DNA from: Octopus vulgaris
Lineage: Eukaryota
Assembly: GCA_951406725.2 (NCBI GenBank)
Contig: OX597837.1
Location: 27,156,001-27,220,000, forward strand
Reading direction: 5' to 3'
Length of the DNA stretch: 64,000 nt
Below the pieces are notes generated by a model. The model did not search any database. It was given only the letters and a program-made list of their open reading frames with translations, and had not been told where the DNA came from. A program made the translations under genes and the position numbers. Of this stretch, positions 49,258 through 60,358 are shown piece after piece (position 1 is the stretch's first letter; the number at the start of each line of letters is the position of its first letter).

Positions 49258-51121
49258 TCGCGGTTCAATTATCGCAGATTCACGACTTTGCGGATTTTTT
49301 AAATATACATATATATAGGCGCAGGAGTGGCTGTGTGGTAAGTAGCTTGTTTACCAACCACATGGTCCCGGGTTCAGTCCCACTGCGTGGCACCTTGGAC
49401 AAGTGTCTTCTACTATAGCCTCGGACCGACCAAAGCCTTGTGAGTGGATTTGGCAGACAGAAACTGAAAGAAGCCCGTCGTATATATATATATATATATG
49501 TGTGTATGTGTGTTTGTCCCCCTAGCATTGCTTGACAACCGATGCTGGTGTGTTTATTTCTCCGTTACTTAGCGGTTCGGCAAAAGTGAACTGAAGAGAT
49601 TTACTAAGACCAAAACATGGTCCAGAGTTGTCAACCCCCGTCTACTAAAGTTTAGACTATCCTTCCCTTCAAAGCATTACCTATTTCATCTCTGGATATG
49701 TGATCCCATCTACTGAAGTTGAGTCTGTCTTACTCATCACCACATTACTTATTTAACATTTTAATTAAGACTGTTGGGTATCAACTTATTAAAATCATCA
49801 TCATTATCGTCATCGTTTAACGTCCATTTTCCTTGCTAGCATGGATGGTTTGACTGGGGTCTGGGAAGCCAGGAGGCTGCGCCAGGCTCCAGTCTGATCT
49901 GGCAGTGTTTCTACAGCTGGATGCCCTTCCTAACGCCAACCACTCCGTGAGTGTAGTGGGTGCTTTTTACGTGCCACCAGCACAGGGGCCAGAGGAGGCT
50001 GGCAAATGGCCACAATCGGTTGGTGCTTTTACGTGTCACCGACACGGACGCCATTCAGGCGGTGCTGGCATGTGCCATGTTCGGACGGTGCTTTTTACGT
50101 GTCACCGGCACAGGTATCTTAACTACAATTTCCATTTGATTTTGATGTTGATGTTGACGTACTTGACTCAATAGGTCTCCTCAAGCACAGCAGGTCACTC
50201 TACGATCCAAGGTTAGCACAGCAGGCCGTCCTGCAAGCCACGAACTCACTTCATTTGTCAGGTCTTCACAGTCACAGCATATCTCAGAGGTCTCGGTCTT
50301 CGTCATTTCCTCTGTGAGGCCCAATGTGCCACCGGCAGAGGTATCACAACTATAATATCCATACAATTTTTATTTGATGTTGATGAACTTGACAAAATAG
50401 GTCTCCTCAAGCACAACAGGCCGTCCGTAAAGCCATGAGCTCACTTCATATGTCGGGTCTTCGAAGTCACCATCTAAATTTTACTTCAACTTCTTTCGTG
50501 TTGAGTACAGTAACAATCTTTATCTTTTTAAATCTAAAGTGTTATTGCTTAACAGTTGTCTTTGTTATTAATAGACTACTGTAATGGGTGGGTTGTTAAC
50601 AGTACAAGGAGGGTTTTAACCCTTTAGTGTTCAGATTATTGAATCAAACATAATGCCTACTGATTCCCATTGATTTGAATTAATCATGCATTGTCTCATA
50701 TCTTCAAGATCTTGATGGTGTAATTACTTAACCCTTTTGTTACTGTATTTATTTTGAGATGCTCTGTATTTCTTTCAATTACTTTAAATATAACAAAGAA
50801 TTTAGTAAAATAACTTAGTTATCATTCAGCTAGTGTTAGGAACATAAATTGTAACTAAGGTTTGGTGGAAGATTTTAATTCAAAACTTATGAAAACAAGA
50901 GATTTGTACTCAGAGCCAGAGCCGGTTTCAGCCGGGTTGGTAACGAAAGGGTTAATGTAGAATAACATTGTAGGGTAGGTGTGAGAGCCTGGACCTGGTC
51001 AGTTTGAACATAAAACAGATTAGTTAAATAAATACTGTAAATATGGTGTCACTACTTCACAGAAATTCAGTTGTCGCGGACGGTCTCGTAACCAATCTAC
51101 CGCGATAAACGAGGGATCACT
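49253..51121. mobile_element. Tigger/pogo-type non-autonomous element interrupted by SINE A, RTE and P1/P2 MITE insertions
   Basis: Left CTACTTCGCGGTTCAATTATCGCAGATTCAC and right CTACTTCACAGAAATTCAGTTGTCGCGG...CCGCGATAAACGAGGGATCACT resemble Tigger-MITE ends. Continuity between the two ends is inferred. Confidence 0.45.
50620..51022. mobile_element. P1 MITE with a P2 MITE (50732-50951) nested at an internal TTAA
   Basis: GTAATTACTTAA[P2]TTAATGTAGAATAAC versus uninterrupted GTAATTACTTAATGTAGAATAAC in the 33822-34040 copy. Confidence 0.9.
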
Positions 51122-51668
51122 AATTATATTTTTTCACTGTTTCATTTGCTGTGCGTTAAATTGTGAGCAAGTACTTCTGGCTGCTCTCCCTCTTCTCTAA
51201 TCCGATTAAACATGTTTTTTGGGGGTTTTTTTCAATTATTTAAAAGGAATAGAAAAAAAAAAGGCAGCCTTTTGTTAAGATAATTCCCATTCAAATAAAC
51301 AGAATATCTTCAGGGCAAAGAAATTTAAGGTCAAGATCAAGTGCACTACTAGACAGCTTGTTTTAAGATGGTTTATTGTCACTAAAGGCAGTCAGTGATA
51401 AGATTCTTATACATGGCACATAATTGTTTTATATACACTAACCTACATATACACAAGTTTGTGCATACATGGGAGATTTTGTTTCTCTTTTTAATCCTGT
51501 TACACCGTTATTAAATCATCAACAACAAACAAGGAAACCTATTTTCTTAACGGCTTTTATAGGTGGAGGCAGCTAGAGAGATTAATGTTAGGGAGCCAAG
51601 CAAAATGTATCAGTAATTTGTACAGAGTCAGTAGAGATGGGGATACATCCATGACCAAGACAGCTTTC

Positions 51669-52263
51669 GGATCTTTTCCTTTTGAACAGCAGTTTTTAAC
51701 ATAATTTCTAGGTAACTAAAAAATGTTTAAACTTCGTATACTGGTAGAATGTGTTTATAAAACATCATTTTCTCTTGGCTTTCTTGAGAAAATTTTATAG
51801 GTTGTAGCATATTTTGTCTAAAATTTCTTGCATTTCGGCAATTTTAACCAATCAATTACCTCCATTGACGTAAATAACATTCTGTGCATAATGAATATGT
51901 CCCTCCTTTAACCCTTTAGCATTGAAACCGGCCATATCTGGCCAAAATATTTAACCTGTTATATATTGAAACTGACCAGATCTCACCTTTCGTCTCAGCC
52001 CAACCATGTCGTTCTAAAGCTAAAAAAATCACATCACCGAAATATCTAAGCTACAAGATAATGCATGATTAATTCAAACCATTTTAAATAAACAAACATC
52101 ACATTTGACAGAATAATCTGAACACTAAAGGGTTAAGAAACAGATTAGGTTTATTTACATTTGTGAAGAAAAAAGATACTCTTCCCCACTAGTATACGAA
52201 GTTTAAAATTTTTTAGTTACCTAGAAATTATATTACAAACTGCCGTTCAAAAGGAAAAGATCC
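51669..52263. mobile_element. GG-ended MITE with 8-bp TSD (Merlin- or hAT-like), ~75-bp TIRs, containing a nested P1 MITE (51912-52132)
   Basis: TSD CAGCTTTC at 51661-51668 and 52264-52271; TIR GGATCTTTTCCTTTTGAAC / GTTCAAAAGGAAAAGATCC. Confidence 0.88.
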
Positions 52264-52419
52264 CAGCTTTCAAATGAACCATCATCATCATCATTTAAAA
52301 TCAGTTTTCCATGCAGGCATGGGCTGGACAGTGTACATATGGCTATGCTACATGGTAGTGAAACATGGGTTATGACTAGAGTGGAACTGAGAAGGCTTAA
52401 AAGAAATGCAACCAACATG

Positions 52420-52755
52420 CTCGACTGGCTTCCGTGTCGGTGGCACGTAAAAAGCACCATCCGAATCGTGGCCGAAGCCAGTGCCGCCTCGACTGGCTTC
52501 CGTGCAGGTGGCACGTAAAATGCACCAATCCGACCGTGGCCGATGCCAGCCTCGCCTGGCACCAGTGCAGGTGGCACGTAAAAAGCACCCACTACACTCA
52601 CGGAGTGATTGGCGTTAGGAAGGGCATCCAGCTGTAGAAACATTGCCAGATAAGACCGGAGCCTGGGGCAGCCTTCTGGCTTCCCAGATCTCCCGGTTGA
52701 ACCGTCCAACCCATGCTAGCATGGAGAACGGACGTTAAACGATGATGATGATGAT
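52420..52755 (+). mobile_element. RTE LINE 3' end
   Basis: 3' UTR repeats and (GAT)n tail. Confidence 0.85.
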
Positions 52756-52979
52756 GCTCTGTTGGTTGGGAAATGTCAGCGTGCATGTATGATAATATAA
52801 AGGATTCAAGAGAATAGTTGGGTATAAGAGGCATCAGATGTTACATGCATAGGAGAAGATTGTGTTGGTATGGTCATATGATGCATATGGGTGAGAACAG
52901 GTGCATAAAGAAGTGATCACAAATTGTGGAGGGAACCTGTGAAGGGGGTAGACCCAAAAAGATGTGAGATGAGACAGAA

Positions 52980-53950
52980 GACTGTACCAAGCTTGACTGT
53001 CTGCTTTGGTATGGTTTCTACAGTTGGATACCTTTCTTAACACCAACCACTTTACAGAGTGTACTGGATGCATGCTTATGTGGTACCAGTAACAGTGGGG
53101 TCACCAAGTGACTTGGAAGACAAAGGCCCCTCAATTGAGAGGAGAGTGGTGTTGAGAAACGGATTTTACTTAATTGGCCAGGTCTTCCCAAGCACAGCAA
53201 ACTGACCATCATCTCAGTCCTTCATCATCCCCCTCTGTGAAGTTCACCATTTGAAAATCATTTTTCACCACTTCATCCAACATCTTCCCCTTCCACATTT
53301 TCCATCCACATTCAGTGATCAACACTGCTTTGGGCAGCTGTCTTCGTACATATGCATCATATGACCATACCTATTTCTTTATTACCCACAAGGGGCTAAA
53401 CACAGAGGGGACAAACAAGGAAAGACAAACGTGTTAAGTCGATTACATCGACCCCAGTGCGTAACTGGTACTTAATTTATCGACCCCGAAAGGATGAAAG
53501 GCAAAGTCGACCTCGGCGGAATTTGAACTCGCAACGTAACGGCGGCCGAAATACCATTAAGCATTTCGCCCGACGTGCTAACGATTCTGCCAGCTCGCCG
53601 CTGTCATGCCAGCACAGTCTCTCTTGCACACTACATCTGATGCCACTTGTACCCAATTTTTCTCTCAGAACATTTACACTTTGTTGTACCTGCACACTGA
53701 CAATGCGCATCCAGCGGAGCATGCTGCTTTTCTTTCTTTCAAGCCTTCACAGCCCATGTTTCACTGACATGTAGCATAGCTATCCATACACAAATGTCAT
53801 ACAATCTGATTTTCACTCTCAGAGAGAGAGAGAGAGGCCCTTCATTAACAAGAGTAAAAGCTCTCTGAACGTTGCCCAACTGATTTTTTTTCTAGCAATT
53901 ACATATTCAGAGCACCTTCCTCCACTACTAATTTGGTCATCCTAACCCTA
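52980..53950 (-). mobile_element. Old degenerate RTE fragment with a nested SINE family B copy (53371-53600)
   Basis: ORF 53477..53722 begins MLRWMRIVSVQVQQSVNVLREKLGTSGIRCSVQER, homologous to the 14583..15203 RT C-terminus. Confidence 0.75.
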
Positions 53951-54677
53951 TTTACTACCTCTAAGGACTCATCTGGATCGTCATTATCATCATCATTGTT
54001 TAATGTTCACTTTCCATGCTAGCATGGGTTGGACGATTTGACTAAGGACTGGTGAACCAGATGGCTGCACCAGGCCCCAATCTGATCTGGCAGAGTTTCT
54101 AAAGTTGGATGCCCTTCCTAACACCAACCACTCCGAGAGTGTAGTGGGTACTTCTACGTGCCGCCGGCACTAGGGCCAGTCAGGTGGTACTGGCAACGGT
54201 CATGCTCAAATAGTGTTTTTTATGTGCCACCTGCACAGGAGCCAGTCCAGTGGCACTGGCAACGACTTCACTCGAATGTTTTTTCACGTGCCAGTACAGC
54301 AATGCTAGTAACAAATATGCTCAAATGGTGCCTTTTACGTGCCACCGGCACAGAAGCCAGTTAGCTGCTCTGGCAACAATATTTGAGGAAATCCATTTCC
54401 TGTATATTCTTAGTGTTTACTGTACCTGCACACCTTCCACAAACAGTCTACAATAACATGCCTGCGATTCCACTGCACCTCATGTGTCCATAGCTTGCAC
54501 TGTGCATACCGCCTGGCCTTTTTTTTATCTACACCTTTTCTACATACTGAACAAGGCCATTTCCCTGAAGTTAGCCATGTACCTGCTTTCCTGCTTGCTA
54601 GTACTTGGGTATTTGCTAAATTAACTTGATTCTAATGTTTACTGCCACACCTGAAATTTCTTCTCTAATTTTATTAA

Positions 54678-54898
54678 CCCTTTTGTTACCATATTTATTT
54701 TGAGATGTTCTGTGTTTCTTTCAATTACTTAAAATCTAATTAAGAATTTAGTAAAATAACTTAGTTATCATCAAGCTTGTGTTAGGAACATAAACTGTGG
54801 CCATGGCTTGGTGGAAGATTTTAATTCAAAACTTAAGAAAACAAGACATTTGTAGGAGAGAGCCAGGGGCGGTTTCAGGCGGGTTGGTAACGAAAGGG
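54678..54898. mobile_element. piggyBac-type MITE family P2
   Basis: TTAA TSD, CCCTTTTGTTACC / GGTAACGAAAGGG. Confidence 0.88.
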
Positions 54899-55256
54899 TT
54901 AAGAATTCATCTGCAACAAAGTTTTTGGCATAGAGGAGCTCCCTTGGCCAAGCACACTAAATTCTATACAGGTCGCATGGTTTAGAAGCAACTCTATTGT
55001 AGACAGTGGCAACCCAGTGAACTTAATGTTTCATAAGGTTGCAGATTTGAACCCCAACTTCTGTAGTAGGTATATAAGTTTTACAAGGGATGGGCTCAGT
55101 GTGGCAATCTTGCTTCCGAACCACATGGTTCTGGGTTCAGTCCCACACAGCATCACACTTTGAGCAAGTGTCTTCTACTTAGGTTGAACTTGTGAGTGGA
55201 TTTGGGACACGGAAACTGGAAAAAAACTTGTATACATGCATGGGGAGCTATGTGTA

Positions 55257-55634
55257 TGGAAGCACTCCGTCGGTAACGACGACGAGGGTTCCGGTTGATC
55301 CGAATCAACAGAACAGCCTGCTCGTGAAATTAACGTGTAAGTGGCTGAGCACTCCACAGACACGTGCACCTTTAACGTAGTTCTCGGGGATATTCAGCAT
55401 GACACAGAGAGTGACAAGGCCGGCCCCTTGAAATACAGGTACAACAGAAACAGGAAGTAAGAGTGAGAGAAAGTTGTGGTGAAAGAGTACAGCAGGGATC
55501 ACCACCATCCCCTGCCAGAGCCTCGTGGAGCTTTTAGGTGTTTTCGCTCAATAAACACTCACAACGCCCGGTCTGGGAATCGAAACCGCGATCCTATAAC
55601 TGCGAGTCCGCTGCCCTAACCACTGGGCCATTGT
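55257..55634 (-). mobile_element. tRNA-derived SINE family D
   Basis: Minus-strand head CAATGGCCCAGTGGTTAGGGCAGCGGACTCGC...GGTTTCGATTCCC. Near-identical copies at 56468-56848 and 57080-57246. Confidence 0.85.
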
Positions 55635-55761
55635 GTTGATGTCATGTGATAGTTGTAAATGAGTGTCACTCATTTCTAATATTCTGAGAATATGTCTCGC
55701 CATGAGAAATATTGCCTTGCTTGGAAACAGACCAGGGTTAGCAACCAGGAAGGACATCTTT

Positions 55762-56173
55762 GGATCTTTTCGGTTTGAACGGCAGTTTTTAACATAATTT
55801 CTAGGTAACTAAAAAATTTTAAACTTCGTATACTGGTAGAATGTGTTTATAAAACATCTTTTTCTCTTGGCTTTATTGAGAAAATTCTATAGTTTGTAAG
55901 ATATTTGTTGTTTTTTTCCTTCAATTTCTGCAATTTCAACCAATCACTGACGTCTATTGAGGTAAAAAAACATTCTGTGCCGTATGAATATGTCCCTCGT
56001 TTAAGAAACAGATTGGGTTTATTTACATTTGTGAAGAAAAAAAGACACCCTTCACCCCACCCCTAACCCTAAAACAGATTGAAATGCAATAGATTGATAC
56101 TAGGATCATAATTATGGGTGACAATTTCATATGACACCGCTAGAAAAAACTGCCGCTCAAACCGAAAAGATCT
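55762..56173. mobile_element. GG-ended 8-bp-TSD MITE related to 51669-52263, with internal CCCTAACCCTAA
   Basis: TIR GGATCTTTTCGGTTTGAACGGCAGTTTTT / AAAAACTGCCGCTCAAACCGAAAAGATCT; TSD ACATCTTT / GCATCTTT (7/8). Confidence 0.85.
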
Positions 56174-56261
56174 GCATCTTTTAATCAAATCTAACCTAGG
56201 GCTAAAATGCTTTCCCTCTGGATGACAGAGAATTATTTAAAAAGTAAAAGTTTCTACTTAC

Positions 56262-56349
56262 AAATGTCAACTCTGTGAGATCCATGATACTGGCAGCTGA
56301 TGACAGAGAGAACCTCCTCCTGTAACTAGGGATAGCAGGCTCGCAAAAA
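56262..56349 (-). CDS. NET1: NET1/ARHGEF3-like RhoGEF exon (FCEPAIPSYRRRFSLSSAASIMDLTELTF)
   Basis: Strong acceptor ttctttccttcag and donor gtaagt. 88 nt, open, ends in phase 0 and joins KRKRKK. Positionally equivalent to the vertebrate NET1 segment ...LRRGSSFTF...WDFTL that precedes KRKRREK. Confidence 0.72.
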
Positions 56350-56467
56350 CTGAAGGAAAGAAAAAATATGAAAAAAAAAATTAATTATAAAACACAATGT
56401 GTCATACTCCAGTCATGCTGGTGGAAGGAAACTAAAATGACAAATGGAGTGAGTGACAGTCAGTGGA

Positions 56468-56902
56468 TGGAAGCACTCCGTCGGTTACGACGACGAGGGT
56501 TCCGGTTGATCCGAATCAACGGAACAGCCTGCTCGTGAAATTAACGTGTAAGTAGCTGAGCACTCCACAGACACGTGTAGCCTTAACGTTGTTCTCGGGG
56601 ATATTCAGCGTGACACAGAGAGTGACAAGGCCGGCCCCAATGAAATACAGGTACAACAGAAACAGGAAGAGTGAGAGAAAGTTATGGTGAAAGAGTACAG
56701 CAGGGATCACCACCATCCCCTGCCAGAGCCTCGTGGAGCTTTTAGGTGTTTTCGCTCAATAAACACTCACAACGCCCGGTCTGGGAATCGAAACCGCGAT
56801 CCTATGACCGCGAGTCCGCTGCCCTAACCACTGGGCCATTGCGCCTCCGACAGTCAGTAATGCTAAATGCAAATGAGCTACAGTTAAATGTTTTGCTGCA
56901 AG

Positions 56903-56945
<43 letters not shown>

Positions 56946-57246
56946 TCACGTGATGTGCTCACGTGACCGACCAGACCATCAGATGTTGCTACACATCGCT
57001 GGTCACAATGCGTTCGCATTGTTTTAGCCTTCGAATGACGCCACCCCGCTGGCTAAGCGAGCAGGCCAACAGAAGAAAGAGTGGTGAAAGAGTACAGCAG
57101 GGATCACCACCATCCCCTACCGGAGCCTCGTGGAGCTTCTAGGTGTTTTCACTCAATAAACACTCACAACGCCCGGTCTGGGAATCGAAGCCGCGATCCT
57201 ACGACCGAGAGTCCACTGCCCTAACCACTGGGCCATTGCGCCTCCA
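56468..57246 (-). mobile_element. Two SINE family D copies (56468-56848 full; 57080-57246 head with a different tail)
   Basis: Match to 55257-55634; head GGAGGCGCAATGGCCCAGTGG. Confidence 0.85.
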
Positions 57247-57249
57247 CTT

Positions 57250-57690
57250 ATATGTACACATACACATATATATATATATACATATACATACATACATATA
57301 TATATACACATACATACATACATATACATACATACATACATATAAATACATATAGATACATATATATACATACATACACATATATACATATATGCACATA
57401 CATATATACATACATACACATATATATACATACACACACACATACATACATACACATATATATACATACATACACATACATACACATACATATATATACA
57501 TACACATACATATATATACATACACATACATATATACATACTTACATATATATACATACACATACATATATACATACATACATATACATACACATATATA
57601 TACTTACATATACATACACATATATATACTTACATATACATACATATATATATATACATACATACATATATACACACACACACATATATA
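57250..57690. repeat. (TACA/TA/CA)n compound microsatellite
   Basis: Seen directly. Confidence 0.95.
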
Positions 57691-58238
57691 TGATAGTATG
57701 GAGCAGGCCATCAGTTGCTGTTATACACCGCTGGTCACAATGCACTTCCAATTTTGTCTTGATTTTGCCTTTTGAAATATATATACTTTTATTCTTTTAC
57801 TTGTTTCAGTCATTTGACTGTGGTCATGCTGGAGCTCAGCCTTGAAAGGTTTTAGTCAAAGCAATCGACTTTAGGACTTATTCTTTGTAAGTCTAGTGCT
57901 TATTCTGTCAGTCCATTTTGCCAAACCGTTAAGTTACAGGGATATAAATACACCAGCATCAGTTGTCAAGTGATGGCAGGGGGACAAACACAAACACACA
58001 CAATGGGCTCCTTTCAGTTTCTTATTCCTTTACTGCCCTCAAGGGGCTACACACAGAGGGGACAAACAAGGACAGACAGATGGATTAAGCCCATTACTTC
58101 AACTCCAGTGTGTAACTGATACCTATTTAATCGACCCCGAAAGGATGAAAGGCAAAGTTGACCTCGACGGAATTTGAACTCAGAACATAGCAGCAGACGA
58201 AATACTGCTAAGCATTTCACCCGGTGTGCTAATGATTC

Positions 58239-58535
58239 ACCAATGGAGAAGTTCTAAAGCAGATCAGGCCGAAAATGTCGCTAGAAGCTGGGATCACCAA
58301 GCGTAGATTGGCATATTTCAGTCATATTATGCGGAGAAAATCCCTGGAGATGGATATCATGCTCGGAATGGTCAGTGGCAAGAGGCTGACCAAGAACCCG
58401 CTGGCTTGACACCATCAGGAGTGATACCTGAACGGACATAGTCAATCTGAAAGAAGCGGCCCAGGATAGAACTGACTGGAGGACACTGATCCAACAAGTG
58501 ACCGAGAGTTGACTTTGACTGAGCGGATAGAGAGA
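58239..58535 (+). mobile_element. 5'-truncated BovB-like RTE LINE end inserted into a SINE family B copy
   Basis: Translates TNGEVLKQIRPKMSLEAGITKRRLAYFSHIMRRKSLEMDIMLGMVSGKR/PRTRWLDTIRSDT*TDIVNLKEAAQDRTDWRTLIQQVTES. 11-bp TSD GCTAATGATTC at 58228-58238 and 58536-58546. Confidence 0.85.
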
Positions 58536-58877
58536 GCTAATGATTCTGCCAGCTCGCCACCTTTCAGTTTCTGGACTTTTTTCAGTTTCTGTCTACCAAA
58601 TCCATTCAAAGCTTTGGTTGGCCTGAAGCTATAGTAGAAGACACTTGCCCGCGGTTCCACACAGTGGGACTGAACCCGGGACCATGTTGTTGGGAAGCAA
58701 GCTTCTTATCACACAGCTACTCATATATGTGCGTGTGTGTGTCTTCTTGAACTGGCCAAAGTCTTGTGAGTAGAAACTGAAAGAAGCTTGCCGTATGTGT
58801 GTGCCTTTGTATTTGTGCGCCACAACCGCTGGACAACCGGTGCTGGTTTGTTTAGGTCCTCATTACCTAACAATTCA

Positions 58878-59300
58878 GCATCATCATCATTTACCGTCCG
58901 CTTTCCATGCTAGCATGGGTTGGACGGTTCAACTAGGGTCTGAGAAGCCAGAAGGCTGCACCAGGCCCAGTCTGATCTGGCAATGTTTCTACGGCTGGAT
59001 GCCCTTCCTAACGCCAACCACTCCGTAAGGATGGTTCAACTGGGGTCTGGGAAGCCAGAAGGCTGCACCAGGCCCAGTCTGATCTGGCAATGTTTCTACA
59101 GCTGGATGCCCTTCCTAACGCCAACCACTCCATGAGTGTAGTGGGTGCTTTTTACGTGCCACCGGCACAGGTGCCAGATGGGACTGGCAAACGGCCACGG
59201 TCGGATGGTGCTTTTACGTGCCACCGGCATGGGGGCCAGGCGAGGCTGGCAAATGGCCACGATTGGATGGTGCTTTTTACGTGCCACGGGCACGGGAGCA
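58878..59300 (-). mobile_element. RTE LINE 3' end with an internal ~110-bp tandem duplication
   Basis: The GGTTCAACT...CCAACCACTCC block occurs twice. Confidence 0.85.
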
Positions 59301-59612
59301 ATAAACACCAATAGACTAAGTACCAAACTTAAGTACTGGTGTCGATTTGATAGAGTAAACCCTTCACAGCAGTGCCCCAGCATAGCCACAGTCTAATAAT
59401 TGAAACAAGTAAAAGACGAAAATAAAAACATGATGATAGTTGGGGAGGGAGGCATGTCTGGTCTAAGTTTCACACACAATGACTTATTTAAACTATCATC
59501 ACAAAATTGTTACACAAAGGAATTGAGTTCATTCATTCAGTTTATTTACAAAGAGCACTTCGCTTTAATGTGTCTATGTCTGCCAAATATTGACAGTGAC
59601 TTTCCTCACAAA

Positions 59613-60011
59613 CCCCTGTTTTCGGCTACGGAGAATACGAATCTGCAAAAAAATTGGGGAAAAAAAATCGGCATTTTTAAATTACCCCCCGCCACCCTCT
59701 AAATTCTATATTTTAAACTTTTTTTCAGAATTTTTTTTTTTTTTTTTTTCCAAATATGCGGAAAAATATGGAGATTATGATTCTGAAACAAATTTCCAAA
59801 AATTCTTCTATTTAGGATTAGAGTTGGGATTAAGGTTTTAGGGTTAGGATTAGGGTCTTAAGGTTAGGGTTTTAGGGTTAGGGTTGGAGTTTTAGGGTTA
59901 CGGAAAAAAAAGAAAAATGAAAAGATTAGGGGGAGCGGGGTGGGGGGAGCAAAAAATTCAAAATTACGATTTTTTGCTATTTTCCGGAATCTCCATATCC
60001 GAAAACGTGGG
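59613..60011. mobile_element. TIR-bounded element containing degenerate (TTAGGG)n telomere-like repeats (59811-59900)
   Basis: CCCCTGTTTTCGGCTACGGAGAAT versus the reverse complement of the right end, CCCACGTTTTCGGATATGGAGATT; internal TTAGGG/TTTTAGGG/TTAGGA run. TSD not found. Confidence 0.62.
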
Positions 60012-60085
60012 ATTTTGGCAAGAAAAAAAACAACTTTTTAAATAATAATTTTCGAGAAACTGGTGGGACAGGAAGTCTTTCTTAC

Positions 60086-60099
60086 AAGAATTTCAACAT
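60086..60099 (-). CDS. NET1: NET1/ARHGEF3-like RhoGEF, putative first coding segment (MLKF+TT) of an exon spanning 60086-60256 that is mostly 5' UTR
   Basis: Minus strand has acceptor catttcacag|G at 60256, an in-frame TAG three codons upstream of ATG 60099, and donor TT|gtaaga at 60085. The phase-2 end exactly complements the single leading base of the 56262-56349 exon. No homology support for this short segment. Confidence 0.55.
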
Positions 60100-60358
60100 T
60101 AATTGTATCTATGCTTATATCTTATCCTCGAATATCCCACGATCTTGCAGTTCGGCAAAGATCGATAATGAAAAAAAAAAGGATAAAAATCGATTATCGA
60201 TTTCAAAGCCGATGAAGGTGGTTTCCAAGCGGAGATTCACATATAGTGACCGGAACCTGTGAAATGTATACTTGTGCTTGTGTATGTGTCTGTGTATGCG
60301 CACGAACGCATGTATGTAGATATGTATGAATGTGAATAAGTGTGTATGTTAGTATTTA

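Noticed and set aside
49591-49630. Second hammerhead-like motif CTGAAGAG...GACCAAAACATGGTC
   Set aside because: The GAAA core is mutated (AAAA), stem II does not pair, and the 5' strand of stem I is replaced by SINE sequence; at best a dead remnant.
59811-59900. True telomere or chromosome fusion site
   Set aside because: Short, degenerate, single orientation, inside a TIR-bounded element within an intron.
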